Positions 1 to 10,623 of a stretch of DNA of 64,000 nucleotides are shown piece after piece. The stretch's first letter is position 1, and the number at the start of each line of letters is the position of its first letter. Source of the DNA: Cyanobacteria bacterium P01_F01_bin.150. Lineage in GTDB: Bacteria; Cyanobacteriota; Cyanobacteriia; CAKZMO01. The notes beneath the pieces are model-generated. The model saw only the letters and a list, made by a program, of their open reading frames with translations. It was not told the DNA's origin and ran no database searches. Where the stretch lies: assembly GCA_039189765.1 (NCBI GenBank), contig JBCCYL010000008.1:73697-137696 (forward strand), in the 5' to 3' direction. The position numbers and the translations under genes are program-made.

Positions 1-753
1 CGTAGAGACCTTTTCATTCGGTTGCTCCAATCTATCGTTGGCAGTGGATTTTTGACCTAGCGTTTTTTCAACATCGCCCTTGGGTAACTGAACATCGGGG
101 GGAAGCGCACTGACATTGGGGGCCATCAAATTAGCTCCAACAATTCCTCCCGAAATCAACACTTTGAAGGCATCCTCAATGGGAATCGACAGATTAATCA
201 CATCTGATTCTGGCACGATCGCATACCAGCCGCTGGTAGGATTGGGCGTCGTCGGAATAATTACGCTCAGCATGGGACCTGTCACTTGGCCACTCAAGGT
301 CGCATTAACCGTGCCCGTGACAAATGCCATAGCCCAAATTCCCCGCCGTGGATATTCCACCAACACAACTCGGCTAAATTTTGTATTGGAATCCCCCAGG
401 ATTGTCTCTAAAATTTGCTTCAGCGTTTTATAGACTGAACCCGCTAGTGGAATAGCTTGTAGCAGCCGTTCACCGACGTCTAATAGCCAACGTCCCGCAA
501 TATTACGAGCCATTAGCCCAATAAATAGAATGAAAGCAAGGGGTACAGCAAAACCAACAATTAAATTACTTATAGAAATGAGGAAGGGATTTAAATCATT
601 AAATGGATTCAGTTGCTTGGGAATCCGGGTCAAAAAGTCAATCACCCAACTGGCAATAGTGAACGTCAACCAGATCGTTGTCGCCAGAGGAATAATGACC
701 AGTAACCCTGCAATCAGATCATTCTTTAGATCCTGCTTAAGCCTTTGAAGCAC
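1..753 (-). CDS. DUF502 family membrane protein (3' end runs off the window)
   Basis: Not in the ORF track. Reverse strand from GTG at 753 reads MLQRLKQDLKNDLIAGLLVIIPLATTIWLT, later PTTPNPTSGWY; AGGAG RBS at 766-770; no stop seen in the parts translated, including positions 1-60. Confidence 0.85.
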   Translation of the reverse strand, partial: MLQRLKQDLKNDLIAGLLVIIPLATTIWLTFTIASWVIDFLTRIPKQLNPFNDLNPFLISISNLIVGFAVPLAFILFIGLMARNIAGRWLLDVGERLLQAIPLAGSVYKTLKQILETILGDSNTKFSRVVLVEYPRRGIWAMAFVTGTVNATLSGQVTGPMLSVIIPTTPNPTSGWYAIVPESDVINLSIPIEDAFKVLISGGIVGANLMAPNVSALPPDVQLPKGDVEKTLGQKSTANDRLEQPNEKVST

Positions 754-948
754 AGATAGCTTAATCTCCTTTAGATTGACCATGTCCACTCGCATTAAAC
801 AACTGACGCCTGCCGTGGACCAAAACTAGAGCCCATGTCAATACACTGCTCATGCCTGGTGCCCAAGCCTTATGATGGCACTCTTCGTTTTATTCTAATG
901 ACTTATGGGGTGCAAAGGCAGGTTTCTATGATATTTCCTCGATTAGAC

Positions 949-1002
949 GGGTATCAATTTTAGGCGTTAGTGGGGGTGCGTCGCGCCCCCACTAACGTTA
1001 AT
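949..1002 (+). repeat. Truncated copy of the ~80-bp MITE-like element
   Basis: GGGTATCAATTTTAGGCG end plus hairpin CGTTAGTGGGGGTGCG-T-CGCGCCCCCACTAACG; the other end is missing. Confidence 0.7.
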
Positions 1003-1384
1003 TTAGACAGCCATCATAGCTTTATAGAAAAATGAGGCATCAATGTTAGGTGACGAACATGGACACATTGCACTCACACCACCGTTCATCTTGGTTCGCC
1101 TTACAACAATCCCCGAGAAATTGTTCTTTGAAAAAAGACAAAAGTGGTAATATTGAACTATAACAGTCGTAGATAGCGGTAGAATAGGCATGCTCAACAA
1201 ACTTTCTGGGCAAAGCATCTAGCCCCTTGGCCAGTAAAGATTTCACACAGAAAGTCGAAAGAAAATCTAGTGGAAAGCCGTGAAGATGGCGATAGCCTTG
1301 CAGAATAGAGTTCAAGCCGTCTTATCAGTCTTGTATTCAATACATGTAAACCAACAATCAAACAACAACCAGGAGGCTATAGAG

Positions 1385-1741
1385 ATGGGGATCAATACCG
1401 TACAGCTAGTGGGTCGAGCCGGAACCGATCCGGACGTTCGCTTTTTTGAATCCGGAAGTGTTGTGTGCAATTTTAACCTTGCCGTCAATCGCCGTAAGCG
1501 AGATAGTCCTCCTGATTGGTTCAGGCTAGAGTTCTGGGGTCGTCAAGCAGAAGTGGCCAAAGATTACGTTCGCAAAGGCAGCCTGATTGGCATTACTGGC
1601 TCTCTAAAAATCGACACGTGGCAAGATCGTAATACTGGAGCACAACGATTTTCTCCAGTGATTCGGGTCGATCGTCTTGATTTACTCGGATCCAAGCGAG
1701 ATATCGAGCAGCCAATGGCCAGCAGCTACGAAGAATTCTAG
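1385..1741 (+). CDS. ssb: Single-stranded DNA-binding protein
   Basis: INTVQLVGRAGTDPDVRFFESG, DWFRLEFWG, YVRKGSLIGITGSL; AGGAGG at 1371-1376 favours ATG 1385 over the ORF-track start 1280. Confidence 0.95.
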   Translation: MGINTVQLVGRAGTDPDVRFFESGSVVCNFNLAVNRRKRDSPPDWFRLEFWGRQAEVAKDYVRKGSLIGITGSLKIDTWQDRNTGAQRFSPVIRVDRLDLLGSKRDIEQPMASSYEEF

Positions 1742-1742
1742 A

Positions 1743-2801
1743 TTACTCCTCAGGCAGCATCTGAATTCGAATGGTTTTCGATAGCTCACTGTTAGCTTCA
1801 CCAAGCTGGATCTGAAGAATTTCACCAGACAGCGGCGTTAGCGCATCAAGCATTGATCGGATGTGGGGCGTGCTTGCGCCGCTGTCTAAGTACACTCGTT
1901 CAGATAGCTTGTTAATGCGCTTCCAAGATGTGTAGACTTTGGCGATCGCCTGTTCTAACTGGGATGCTTGATTCACCATTTCCGCCGTAGAATTCAACGC
2001 TCCAATTCGTAAAGCTTCTTCCAGCGCCAACTCCAAATCTAAACTTTTGTCCGCTTGAAGCGCCTGTACTTCTGTCGCTGCTTGCAGGTATTTTGCCAAG
2101 TACTTCGCTTCGGACGTAGCCTGTTTGACGCCATCAATGGAAGGTTCAGCGGCCACTTCCTGACGAATCGTTTCTTGATGGACTTCTGGTAGCTTCTCTA
2201 GCTCTTTTACTAGAGGAGCCACATACTTCGTTGGAATGGTATTATCCGCCGCCTTTTCTTTTACTTCCTCAGGCAGAAGATCGGATGACATGGCGGTCCA
2301 CTCATCCGATAGCTGACGCACTTCGCGACGCGTAATGCGATCGCCCTGGTGGGCTGCATCACTCACTAATTGTTGGACCTCAGGCGGCGACTGGGCCGTT
2401 TCGACAAATGCTTTTTTGCTAAAACGGTTGACGTCATCGGGTTCTAACATTCCTTCCTGGAGCAAAACATCAGCACTGTCTGCCAGCTCCATTAGTTGAT
2501 AGGCCTGACTTTTACTAATTTCTCGCTCACTCAGCCAGTTGAGGAATCCACCGCCTCGACTATCACCCTGGGCTTTCTCGCGATCGCGCACCGCCTTTAA
2601 AATTCGCCCACGCCAAATATCCGTTTGTAAGTCAAAGCGATCGCACACTTGCCATGCTTGATTGACCTGAGTCTGAAAATCGATCTCCGTAATCTGATCA
2701 TCTTCAGGATCTGGAAGTTGAAACTGTAAATCTCCAGTCGAAGAAATTTCATGAATCGCCGAGTTATGGGGGTCTCGTAGAGTATCAGCGGCTTGAACCA
2801 T
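1743..2801 (-). CDS. Conserved cyanobacterial hypothetical protein (helical)
   Basis: 352-aa ORF; WQVCDRFDLQTDIWRGRIL motif recognised from cyanobacterial proteins; function unknown. Confidence 0.8.
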   Translation of the reverse strand: MVQAADTLRDPHNSAIHEISSTGDLQFQLPDPEDDQITEIDFQTQVNQAWQVCDRFDLQTDIWRGRILKAVRDREKAQGDSRGGGFLNWLSEREISKSQAYQLMELADSADVLLQEGMLEPDDVNRFSKKAFVETAQSPPEVQQLVSDAAHQGDRITRREVRQLSDEWTAMSSDLLPEEVKEKAADNTIPTKYVAPLVKELEKLPEVHQETIRQEVAAEPSIDGVKQATSEAKYLAKYLQAATEVQALQADKSLDLELALEEALRIGALNSTAEMVNQASQLEQAIAKVYTSWKRINKLSERVYLDSGASTPHIRSMLDALTPLSGEILQIQLGEANSELSKTIRIQMLPEE

Positions 2802-2965
2802 ATTTTTGTTATCCGGTGGCCAAAATAATGGGCAGAGTATTAAATACTAATGTTCTGAGAACTATCAGCCGCCATATTATGCCATGCCTCTCTTCACTTT
2901 AAGAGATTGTTAGGGATTATCTCAATTTGGAGGGCGATCGCCTTCAGGGCTGAATCATTAACGTC

Positions 2966-3766
2966 TTACCAGCCTTCCCTCGTTAAGTCTTTGAGATGCT
3001 CTAAACGTTCAATTGTTAGTCGCGTCTGACATCTTAATTCCAAGGCATCTCTGCGAGCCATGCCTTCATAGGTACGCCCATCGTCCAGTTCATCAATGTC
3101 GGGAAAATAGGGATTAGCCATTACCTGTGTAGCTTCAAACTCACAGTGAGCTTCTCTATAAGAGAGCCACAGCAATTGAGCAGTATTGTAGCGTGGTGCG
3201 TTGTCTCGATCCCCCCAACGACTATATTCACGCCAATGAGCATCTCTTTTATTCCAATCAGTATCAGGGTCCGGCTGTAATTCCATATCTAGCTCCTGTA
3301 AGCGTTGAAACGCTACGTCAGGGTCTAGCGTCACGTCCCCCCAAAACTGTAGTGCAGCGATTCGTTCATTAGTTAACGATGCCCGACAGTTGCCCCAGAG
3401 CATAGGGTAAGCTGAACCACCTAGGACTTGCTGAGCAACCAAATCACAATGTTCATCCCGAAACCTATTCCATACTTGATGGATACTCTCTAGCTCTGAT
3501 TGTTGAGTCTCTAGAAGAGAAACGTTTATCTCGTCATACACTAACTCATGAAGATGCTCAGATACCTGCAACCAGCGACCGATACAGCGATTTAAGGGCT
3601 GTTGGGCAAAATCGCCACAGTAAGGCTGAGCAACGCCCGGAATCGAATCGTTTGTCAACCCTGAAGCAGGTACGCCCAGCGCAGGCAACGCCCAACCAGC
3701 AACACTGATAAGGCTTAAAATAGGCATTGACATCATCAAACATCGAAGCATCATCGTTGACATCAC
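2966..3766 (-). CDS. Secreted LprI/DUF1311 family protein with two repeat units
   Basis: Signal-peptide-like N-terminus; two units, QVWNRFRDEHC...CRASLTNERI and QLLWLSYREAHC...CQTRLTIERL. Confidence 0.7.
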   Translation of the reverse strand: MMSTMMLRCLMMSMPILSLISVAGWALPALGVPASGLTNDSIPGVAQPYCGDFAQQPLNRCIGRWLQVSEHLHELVYDEINVSLLETQQSELESIHQVWNRFRDEHCDLVAQQVLGGSAYPMLWGNCRASLTNERIAALQFWGDVTLDPDVAFQRLQELDMELQPDPDTDWNKRDAHWREYSRWGDRDNAPRYNTAQLLWLSYREAHCEFEATQVMANPYFPDIDELDDGRTYEGMARRDALELRCQTRLTIERLEHLKDLTREGW

Positions 3767-3807
3767 CTTTTATTTAGCTCAAGTGGGTCTCTAATGGATT
3801 CAGACCT

Positions 3808-4968
3808 TCATAGCACGTATCCCTGAGGTTTCATGGACCAGTGATCAAGAAGGAGGTATAGCTGCTCACGGGGGGTTGGATTAGCAGGACGCCCCTGAGT
3901 CTCATCTGGAAAACGGTCTAATTGACCATCTAGATACAAGTCAGTGGCAGCCACTAACAATCTGCGAAATTGGGGACGAGCATCATCAATTGCACGGAGA
4001 TTATATCGAGATGAAGCAGAGGGCGATTGACCCAGCTTCTGCATAAGTTTGTCGTTTAACGGAAATTGCAGTCGTAAATAATTGGATTGTGAGGTCGACC
4101 CGGTATTGGCAAAACGCGGGGAACGGGACATCAATTGTTCAGTAATATAGCGATGAATATCGTTGGGCGCATCCATCAAAACATCCGCAATTCTGGGTGC
4201 CCACTGACTCAGTCCCCAACCCCTGACTTGTTGCCAAAGCAGCGGCTGAGCTGGGTCGCCTGTACCAATAGATAATACTTTAATCTGACTTAAGCACGCC
4301 GACACCAACTTAGACGGTAGCCGTTTTGACAAAAGCTTAGCTCCTGCTACCACTGCACAAGAGGTCGGATTATTTGCGCATACGCCTCCATCCACTAAGG
4401 AATATTCCTGGTTAAGACCATAGGATTTCGGATCAATACGGTGAGCGGGAAAATAAGTGGGTGCAGACGCAGAGCTAATACACGCATCTGCTAACGACAA
4501 CGTCTTATACCATTTATGACGGTACCAACTTTTAAAGATGACAGGTCTGCGCCGAACCGTATCGTAGCTAGTAATCAAAACATGCAATCCGTAGGGAGAA
4601 GTAGGCGTGATATCGCCCAGTGTCAAATTCCCTAAATGTCCTGAGATAACCTTTACCAGCCCCTGATCGGAAAATTTTGGAGCTGAAATGCCATGTTTCA
4701 ACATAAGCGGAATGCGCCCAAGCGCCCAATAGTTCCGATAGGGAAAAATATCTTTGCCCTCTTTCTCATAGATATTAAAGATTTCTGAAGCGGACAAACC
4801 AGCAGCGATCGCTCCTGCAATTATCGCCCCTGTTGATGTTCCCGCGATTAAATCGAAGTGGTCTCTCAGAGGACCGCCCCCTAAGCGTTCCTCGACCTGC
4901 TTCAAAATATGGGCAGAGACGATCCCCCGCATTCCGCCACCATCTAAACTCAGAATGCGAAATACCAT
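3808..4968 (-). CDS. Patatin-like phospholipase
   Basis: LSLDGGGMRG, GTSTG nucleophile, SASAPTYF, DGGVCANNP. Confidence 0.92.
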   Translation of the reverse strand: MVFRILSLDGGGMRGIVSAHILKQVEERLGGGPLRDHFDLIAGTSTGAIIAGAIAAGLSASEIFNIYEKEGKDIFPYRNYWALGRIPLMLKHGISAPKFSDQGLVKVISGHLGNLTLGDITPTSPYGLHVLITSYDTVRRRPVIFKSWYRHKWYKTLSLADACISSASAPTYFPAHRIDPKSYGLNQEYSLVDGGVCANNPTSCAVVAGAKLLSKRLPSKLVSACLSQIKVLSIGTGDPAQPLLWQQVRGWGLSQWAPRIADVLMDAPNDIHRYITEQLMSRSPRFANTGSTSQSNYLRLQFPLNDKLMQKLGQSPSASSRYNLRAIDDARPQFRRLLVAATDLYLDGQLDRFPDETQGRPANPTPREQLYLLLDHWSMKPQGYVL

Positions 4969-5004
4969 GATGTACCCCCTAATCGATAGCCGTCGTTGAT
5001 ATCC

Positions 5005-6975
5005 CTATCGAATTCCTAACAAAATCATTAACTGATAGGGTTCTAGGACCAACTTTTGCATTGCAGTAATGGTTTTACCCGACACAATATCGGTAAAGGT
5101 TTTACGCAAACCCAACAGCCGTAATCGTTTGGCCACCACTTCCTGTGGTTTCTCCGTAAAGTTGGCTAGCACGAGGACATTTTGATTCCAATCGTGCCGA
5201 AAATAGCCAAATACATGATTATTACCTGGGTCCATAATATCGGTTTCACCATTTGTAAACGCGCGATTCTGCTGACGAATTTGAATCAATCGCAGCAGCC
5301 CTTGGTAAATACGACCGGGGATAGTGTCAATGTCCGAGCGTTCTTCAGCCCGTTCCCAGTCAAACCCAAGTCGATGCAGCCAGCGACTGTCGCCCTCTTT
5401 ATCAGGGTCATTGCTGTAGTCATAGTCATTTACCATGCCCAACTCATCCCCCAAATAAATTAGCGGAATACCACCAATTGTTAAAAGAATACCGTGGAGC
5501 AAAAGAATACGACGAATGGCAAGATCAATTTCAATTTCATTCCCCTCAAACAATCCCTTTTCCAATCCACACAAAGACGCCGTTGTTCCTGACACTCTGG
5601 CATCCCCAGTCTTGGGGTTTTCCTGAAATGGTTGACCACGCCCAAATGAGCCGGGAAATTGGCCGGTATAGAAAGACGTTAGAAATTTACGATGGTCATT
5701 AAAGTTTAAATTAATTTCCACCGCATCTTCATCGGAAAAGGCCCAACCAATATCGTCATGACAGCGAATATAGTTGACCCAGGCACAGCCTGATGGAATC
5801 GACAGCCGCTTTTCCATCGCATGGCGCAGCAGGCTGACTTCCCGCGTAGCCAAGGCATTCCATAGCAGGGCCATTAGCTGAGGATTATATGAAAGCTGGC
5901 ACTCATCTTTGCCGATGTACTTATTGACTTCATCGGGATGGACAATTGCCTCAGACTTAAACACCAAAGCAGGTGCTGCGATTTGAACTAAGGCATTAAA
6001 CGCTTGAATAATAAGATGGGCTTCTGGCAAATTCTCACAGCGGGTACCCACCTGTTTCCAGAGAAAAGCCACCGCATCCAGCCGCAATACCTCTACTCCA
6101 ACGTTAGCTAAAAAGAGCATTTCACCAGCCATACGGCTAAAGACGGTGGGATTTTCGTAGTTCAAATCCCACTGAAAGTTATGAAAAGTAGTCCACACCC
6201 ATTTACGGATACGGTTGCGATAGGTAAAACAGCCCGGGTGTTCATCAGGAAAAACCGCCACAATACTCTCTTCAAAAGCATCGGGCAGATCACGGCTGGA
6301 ATACATGCGGTAGTATTCCTGGTAATCCTCATGACCCGCTAGCGCTTTCGTCGCCCAGTCATGCTCATCAGAGGTGTGATTGAAGACAAAATCCAGAGCC
6401 AAACTAATGCCATGACGCCGCAGTTCGGACGCCAACTCTTGCATTTGTTCAATGGTCCCTAACTGCGGATCGACGTCCCGATAGCTACTAACAGCGTAGC
6501 CGCCATCGTTGTCCCCCTCGGGACTCTTAAAGATGGGCATGAGGTGTAGGTAGGTAATCCCCATTTCAGTGAGGTAAGGAATGCGATCGCTAATTCCTTG
6601 TAAATCCCCCGCAAACAAATCTACGTAACACATTGTGCCCACCATGCGGTTGGCTTGATACCAATGAGGATCTGCCTCCCGCATAACATCAAGGGCTTTT
6701 AAATCATCAGGACGCTCCACCCACATTTGAGTCGCCGTAGCCATAATGTCTTCTAAATGATAGAAAAAATCATATTGCTGGCCATAGAGTTGAAAAAGCA
6801 GCTTAAACAAACGAGGAAAATGGGTGTGAATGCGCTGCACGTAGCCATGCCAATCACCTTGGTCCACCTGATCGGCAAACCGAGCTTTCAGACGAGGCAT
6901 TAACCGTGATAAAGATGTTTGAATCTCCTTTGAAAAAGAAATGGGTTCACCCATGACCGTTCTTGATTGCCGCAT
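5005..6975 (-). CDS. Amylosucrase-like GH13 glycoside hydrolase
   Basis: DGGYAVS, DFVFNHTS, LRLDAVAFLWK, FKSEAIV, NYIRCHDDIGW. Confidence 0.9.
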   Translation of the reverse strand: MRQSRTVMGEPISFSKEIQTSLSRLMPRLKARFADQVDQGDWHGYVQRIHTHFPRLFKLLFQLYGQQYDFFYHLEDIMATATQMWVERPDDLKALDVMREADPHWYQANRMVGTMCYVDLFAGDLQGISDRIPYLTEMGITYLHLMPIFKSPEGDNDGGYAVSSYRDVDPQLGTIEQMQELASELRRHGISLALDFVFNHTSDEHDWATKALAGHEDYQEYYRMYSSRDLPDAFEESIVAVFPDEHPGCFTYRNRIRKWVWTTFHNFQWDLNYENPTVFSRMAGEMLFLANVGVEVLRLDAVAFLWKQVGTRCENLPEAHLIIQAFNALVQIAAPALVFKSEAIVHPDEVNKYIGKDECQLSYNPQLMALLWNALATREVSLLRHAMEKRLSIPSGCAWVNYIRCHDDIGWAFSDEDAVEINLNFNDHRKFLTSFYTGQFPGSFGRGQPFQENPKTGDARVSGTTASLCGLEKGLFEGNEIEIDLAIRRILLLHGILLTIGGIPLIYLGDELGMVNDYDYSNDPDKEGDSRWLHRLGFDWERAEERSDIDTIPGRIYQGLLRLIQIRQQNRAFTNGETDIMDPGNNHVFGYFRHDWNQNVLVLANFTEKPQEVVAKRLRLLGLRKTFTDIVSGKTITAMQKLVLEPYQLMILLGIR

Positions 6976-7372
6976 AGTGAAGAGTAATGAAGAGTAGGGC
7001 TAGACCAATATAGCAAGAACACCGATATCAAAAACCCGATTCATGTTCTCTTGACACAAAATTTGGATATTTATTGCACTCTAGAGTAAAAATTAGGTAG
7101 AAATGAGGGTGTCTCCATTCACATGGAAGAACTTGTTTATTGATTTCGGATTGTATTTTAAGCTGGAATGCTAAAGTTTGCATCCTAGTCTTTCGTTAAA
7201 TTCTTGCAAGCTTCAAATACAATCCTTGCTCTTTGCACTTCAATTTAGCGTCGTCTTTAAAAAACAACGCTGTATCTCCTAAAAAATGTAAAGAAACAAG
7301 AGATTTTCTAAGGGATCTACACTGGGTTGAATATGATGTTTCCATCAAAATCTGAGTTTTCACAGAGGGTAA

Positions 7373-7400
7373 AACTGCTCACCATCAACTGCTCACCATC
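7373..7400 (+). repeat. 14-bp tandem direct repeat upstream of the SLOG gene
   Basis: AACTGCTCACCATC twice, perfect. Confidence 0.6.
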
Positions 7401-7530
7401 GTTGGCCAAGAATAGTTGCAGGCTCAAACTGCTTATCCTTTTCTAGCTAAAGATGGTTTCAAGCTCATAGGTCTCAATTTTAAGACTGTTTTCTAACAAT
7501 CAAACCGTTGCTCTCTGGAGCCATAGTCCG

Positions 7531-8259
7531 TTGAACCCGATTAACCTGAGTCAATCCACAACCCAAATTATGCCGGTAAATCACCCTAATGATCTACCAG
7601 CAGTGCTCACTGCCTTATCATTGGAAAAAAGGCGACCAACCTTGGTGTTGGTGGGAGGTGCCAGCAAACTCAGTCCAGGGGACTTTGAGAAAGTGGAGAC
7701 CTTATTTTTAAAAGTACTAGCCCCCTTAGCCCAGGAATTAGGGCTAGCAGTTGTGGACGGGGGGACCGATGCAGGCATTATGAGGCTTATCGGGCAGGCT
7801 CGAAAGACCATCGGTGGGACCTTTCCGCTCATAGGAGTAGCTCCCTTGGGACTAGTTAATTTACCAAATCAGCCTGCGCTGAGTGGAGACTCTGCACCGC
7901 TAGAAGAACATCACACCCATTGCCTGTTGATTCCTGGTGATCAATGGGGTGACGAAAGTCCCTGGATTGCAACAGTAGCAAGTACTTTGGCGTCTGGTTT
8001 ACCCTCCACAGCAATTCTCATTAACGGAGGAGAAGTCACCTGGAAAGATGCACAGTCAAATGTGGAGGTGAAGCGAAAAGTGGTAGTGGTTGATGGCAGT
8101 GGACGTACGGCCGATATTCTAGCAGATGCGATCGCAGGGTATGAGGTGTCTGATCAACGGGCTCGCCCTTTGGTTGATTCAGGTTTTTTGAATAGTTTAG
8201 ACCTCAATCAATCAGTCGAGCATTTAACAGCTCAAATTCGTCAATTCTTTACGACCTAA
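7531..8259 (+). CDS. SLOG domain protein (TRPM-like, LSDAT prokaryotic clade)
   Basis: LVLVGGA, VVDGGTDAGIMRLIG, LEEHHTHCLLIPGDQWGDESPW, INGG, GSGRTAD; true start may be ATG 7570. Confidence 0.8.
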   Translation: MNPINLSQSTTQIMPVNHPNDLPAVLTALSLEKRRPTLVLVGGASKLSPGDFEKVETLFLKVLAPLAQELGLAVVDGGTDAGIMRLIGQARKTIGGTFPLIGVAPLGLVNLPNQPALSGDSAPLEEHHTHCLLIPGDQWGDESPWIATVASTLASGLPSTAILINGGEVTWKDAQSNVEVKRKVVVVDGSGRTADILADAIAGYEVSDQRARPLVDSGFLNSLDLNQSVEHLTAQIRQFFTT

Positions 8260-8356
8260 GTTTAAGCCTTTTCAAGAAATACGCGATCGCCCTGCTCTAC
8301 ATTGAGAGATTGAGAGATACTAAAATATTTTCCTTGGAATCATCCAATCGCATGGG

Positions 8357-10399
8357 TTATCGTATCAGCTGGAGCTGAATTTTTTGGGAAAGCCACACCT
8401 GGACCCATCCTCTTGGTTTGCGGATGTAGGTCTCGGGATTGAGCCATTTGGGATACGGTGAAACGTATAAATCTGTCGGCTCAGGATCCTTGGCCCGGCC
8501 TCTTTTCTCAGCAGGTTGAAAGCCGGCTCCATGGATTAATTTAGCCAATATTTCCAGGGTAATATTCCAATCTTCAAACAGCTTTTGCCCCTGTTTAATA
8601 TCGCTTTGAGCCTTGGCGATCGCATCAGGCATTACCCGTTCTAACAAAATTTGGATATTGTAGGCGGGAGTTTTCACGTCTTCCGCACGGCAAACAGCAT
8701 CCAGCATCAAGTAGATAACTAAACGTATGGTCAATTCATGACCATACGCATCAAGTTGCAACAGATGCAGAGCAATTGTTCCAAATTGATTTAGGCTTTG
8801 GTTACTATCATCAGTAAATGCCACATCCATAGAGGGTACTGGCGGATTGTACCCGCCATCTAACAGCTCTACCCATAATCCCGGGCGCACCGTTAGCAAG
8901 ACAGTGCCGGTCGTTTCAATCTCCCCACTTTGACGATCAAATAGTCCTTGAGGAGTAATCATCACATCCCACAGCTTGCCAACGGGCGATCGCCCCATGG
9001 CTTGAGTATTTAATTTCCCCATCAAAGGCCCTATTGACTGTGATGGCGGTTCTGCATCGTCACTGATGGACTCTTGAGGCGGAATATTCGCCGCACTTTT
9101 CAGCTCAGAACTATCTTGGCCTTTGTAATCTACCCAAACTAGCTTTACCAACACACAAGACAGGGCATAGAGTAAATTGATAGCTTTCGTCTCTACATCC
9201 TGATCATTTGTGAAATTGCCCATTTTAGCGGCATGGCCGCTAATAGTACGAGACGACGACCAGCCCAATGCTTCCACCAAATTTGCGGACGTTAACGTAA
9301 AAGGCTGATCCCAACGGGGATATTGAGTGGCATAGGCAGCCAAAAGAAACTGTAATTTAGCTGCGCTCAAGCCAAATTTTAGACGAATTTGTTCCACTAA
9401 TTCCCACGGTAGCGCTTTAATATCGCGTGAACTGGTGATGTAGTGTTCTAAATATTGATGGCGATTTTGTTTAGCGTGGTAGCGTAAATAAGCAACTTCA
9501 CGGGCATCAGATGACCATAAATCAGATTGAAATTGATCTGAAAATGATATAGTCCCGTCTTCGCCTTCCTGAACCGACAGCGGCAACTCACTGGCTAACT
9601 CCGCAATCGGACTGACATTTGACAGGGATTGCTCCACTTGAGGAGTTGCTTGGGACTCCTGTTGTTCGGTCAGACCTAATCGACGTCTCAATAAAGAGAG
9701 AGATTGGTTTGCCAAATCCATTTCTTGGATAATACGCTGAGCCAATCGCTGGGCATAGGACTCTTCCATGGGCTTTAACCGCTCGCGAAGATTCATCGTC
9801 GGAGCTTCAAACATATATTGAAAGAGAATTTGGTTAAATTCTTCCCAGTCAAGGGATTCCAAAACGCGATCGCCCAAATCACGCTGCATCGCTTGTAACG
9901 CTTGGGAGACTAGCGTAGATCGAATATCTTCAGCAGTATCAGTCCAAAGGTTATAGCGATCGCACTGTTCTGCGGCCCAATTTTTAAGAGTTGTCAAAAT
10001 GGTATCACTCGTCATCTCTTGATCCAACTCGGCACCATATGCCTCAATCAAGTGCTGATAGATGGCGATGGCAATTAAATCCAGTAGGGTCGATTCATGG
10101 GCCAAATAATGGGTAACGGCAGACATCTCTGGCCGAATCACACTAATGGCAGCGTCTTGAGACACTCGCAGAGGGGAATCAGAGCTAGATGATGCTTTAG
10201 GAGCTTTAGGGGAGTTCAGAGTTTTTGGATGCTTGGATGGCTTGGATGCTTGATTGGGCGCAGACAAATTCGATGACAAAGAATCATCATTCCCCATGTA
10301 ATCAGCCTGGTCAGCAGAGCTATGCTGAGAGCTGTAGTGGGATGTAGGATTTGATTTAGGCTGGTTCACAGCACATTTTCTCCACTTGCGATCGCCCAA
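8357..10399 (-). CDS. Large hypothetical protein, start uncertain
   Basis: 680-aa ORF with a low-complexity Ser/Pro-rich N-terminus; C-terminal half loosely resembles cyanobacterial DNA-binding or regulator-like proteins; not confidently assignable. Confidence 0.6.
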   Translation of the reverse strand: MGDRKWRKCAVNQPKSNPTSHYSSQHSSADQADYMGNDDSLSSNLSAPNQASKPSKHPKTLNSPKAPKASSSSDSPLRVSQDAAISVIRPEMSAVTHYLAHESTLLDLIAIAIYQHLIEAYGAELDQEMTSDTILTTLKNWAAEQCDRYNLWTDTAEDIRSTLVSQALQAMQRDLGDRVLESLDWEEFNQILFQYMFEAPTMNLRERLKPMEESYAQRLAQRIIQEMDLANQSLSLLRRRLGLTEQQESQATPQVEQSLSNVSPIAELASELPLSVQEGEDGTISFSDQFQSDLWSSDAREVAYLRYHAKQNRHQYLEHYITSSRDIKALPWELVEQIRLKFGLSAAKLQFLLAAYATQYPRWDQPFTLTSANLVEALGWSSSRTISGHAAKMGNFTNDQDVETKAINLLYALSCVLVKLVWVDYKGQDSSELKSAANIPPQESISDDAEPPSQSIGPLMGKLNTQAMGRSPVGKLWDVMITPQGLFDRQSGEIETTGTVLLTVRPGLWVELLDGGYNPPVPSMDVAFTDDSNQSLNQFGTIALHLLQLDAYGHELTIRLVIYLMLDAVCRAEDVKTPAYNIQILLERVMPDAIAKAQSDIKQGQKLFEDWNITLEILAKLIHGAGFQPAEKRGRAKDPEPTDLYVSPYPKWLNPETYIRKPRGWVQVWLSQKIQLQLIR

Positions 10400-10582
10400 C
10401 GCATCTCCAGCGTAGCTTAGGATAAACCTTTCAGAGAATGATTTTCGCTCAGTGTAAGAATTGGAGATGGAGGGTTAGGGTGTTGAAGAGTTGAGATGTT
10501 GAAGAGTTGGAGCGTTGGGCGTTGAAGAATGGGACAGGTCTAACTGCTTTATTCCTTAGCTCCTCTGCTCCCCCTCTCCTTT

Positions 10583-10623
10583 TGCCTTCTGCCTTCTGCC
10601 TTCTGCCTTCTACCTTCTGCCTT
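10583..10623 (+). repeat. Heptamer short tandem repeat (TGCCTTC)n, STRR-type
   Basis: About 6 tandem units abutting the stop codon of the kinase gene. Confidence 0.85.

Noticed and set aside
116..1315. Short ORFs 116-433, 530-748, 1003-1218 and 1046-1315
   Set aside because: The first two are antisense shadows of the DUF502 gene; the others have no recognisable motif or RBS.
3808..4968. CBASS system with a CapV effector
   Set aside because: No CD-NTase or Cap2/Cap3 genes nearby.
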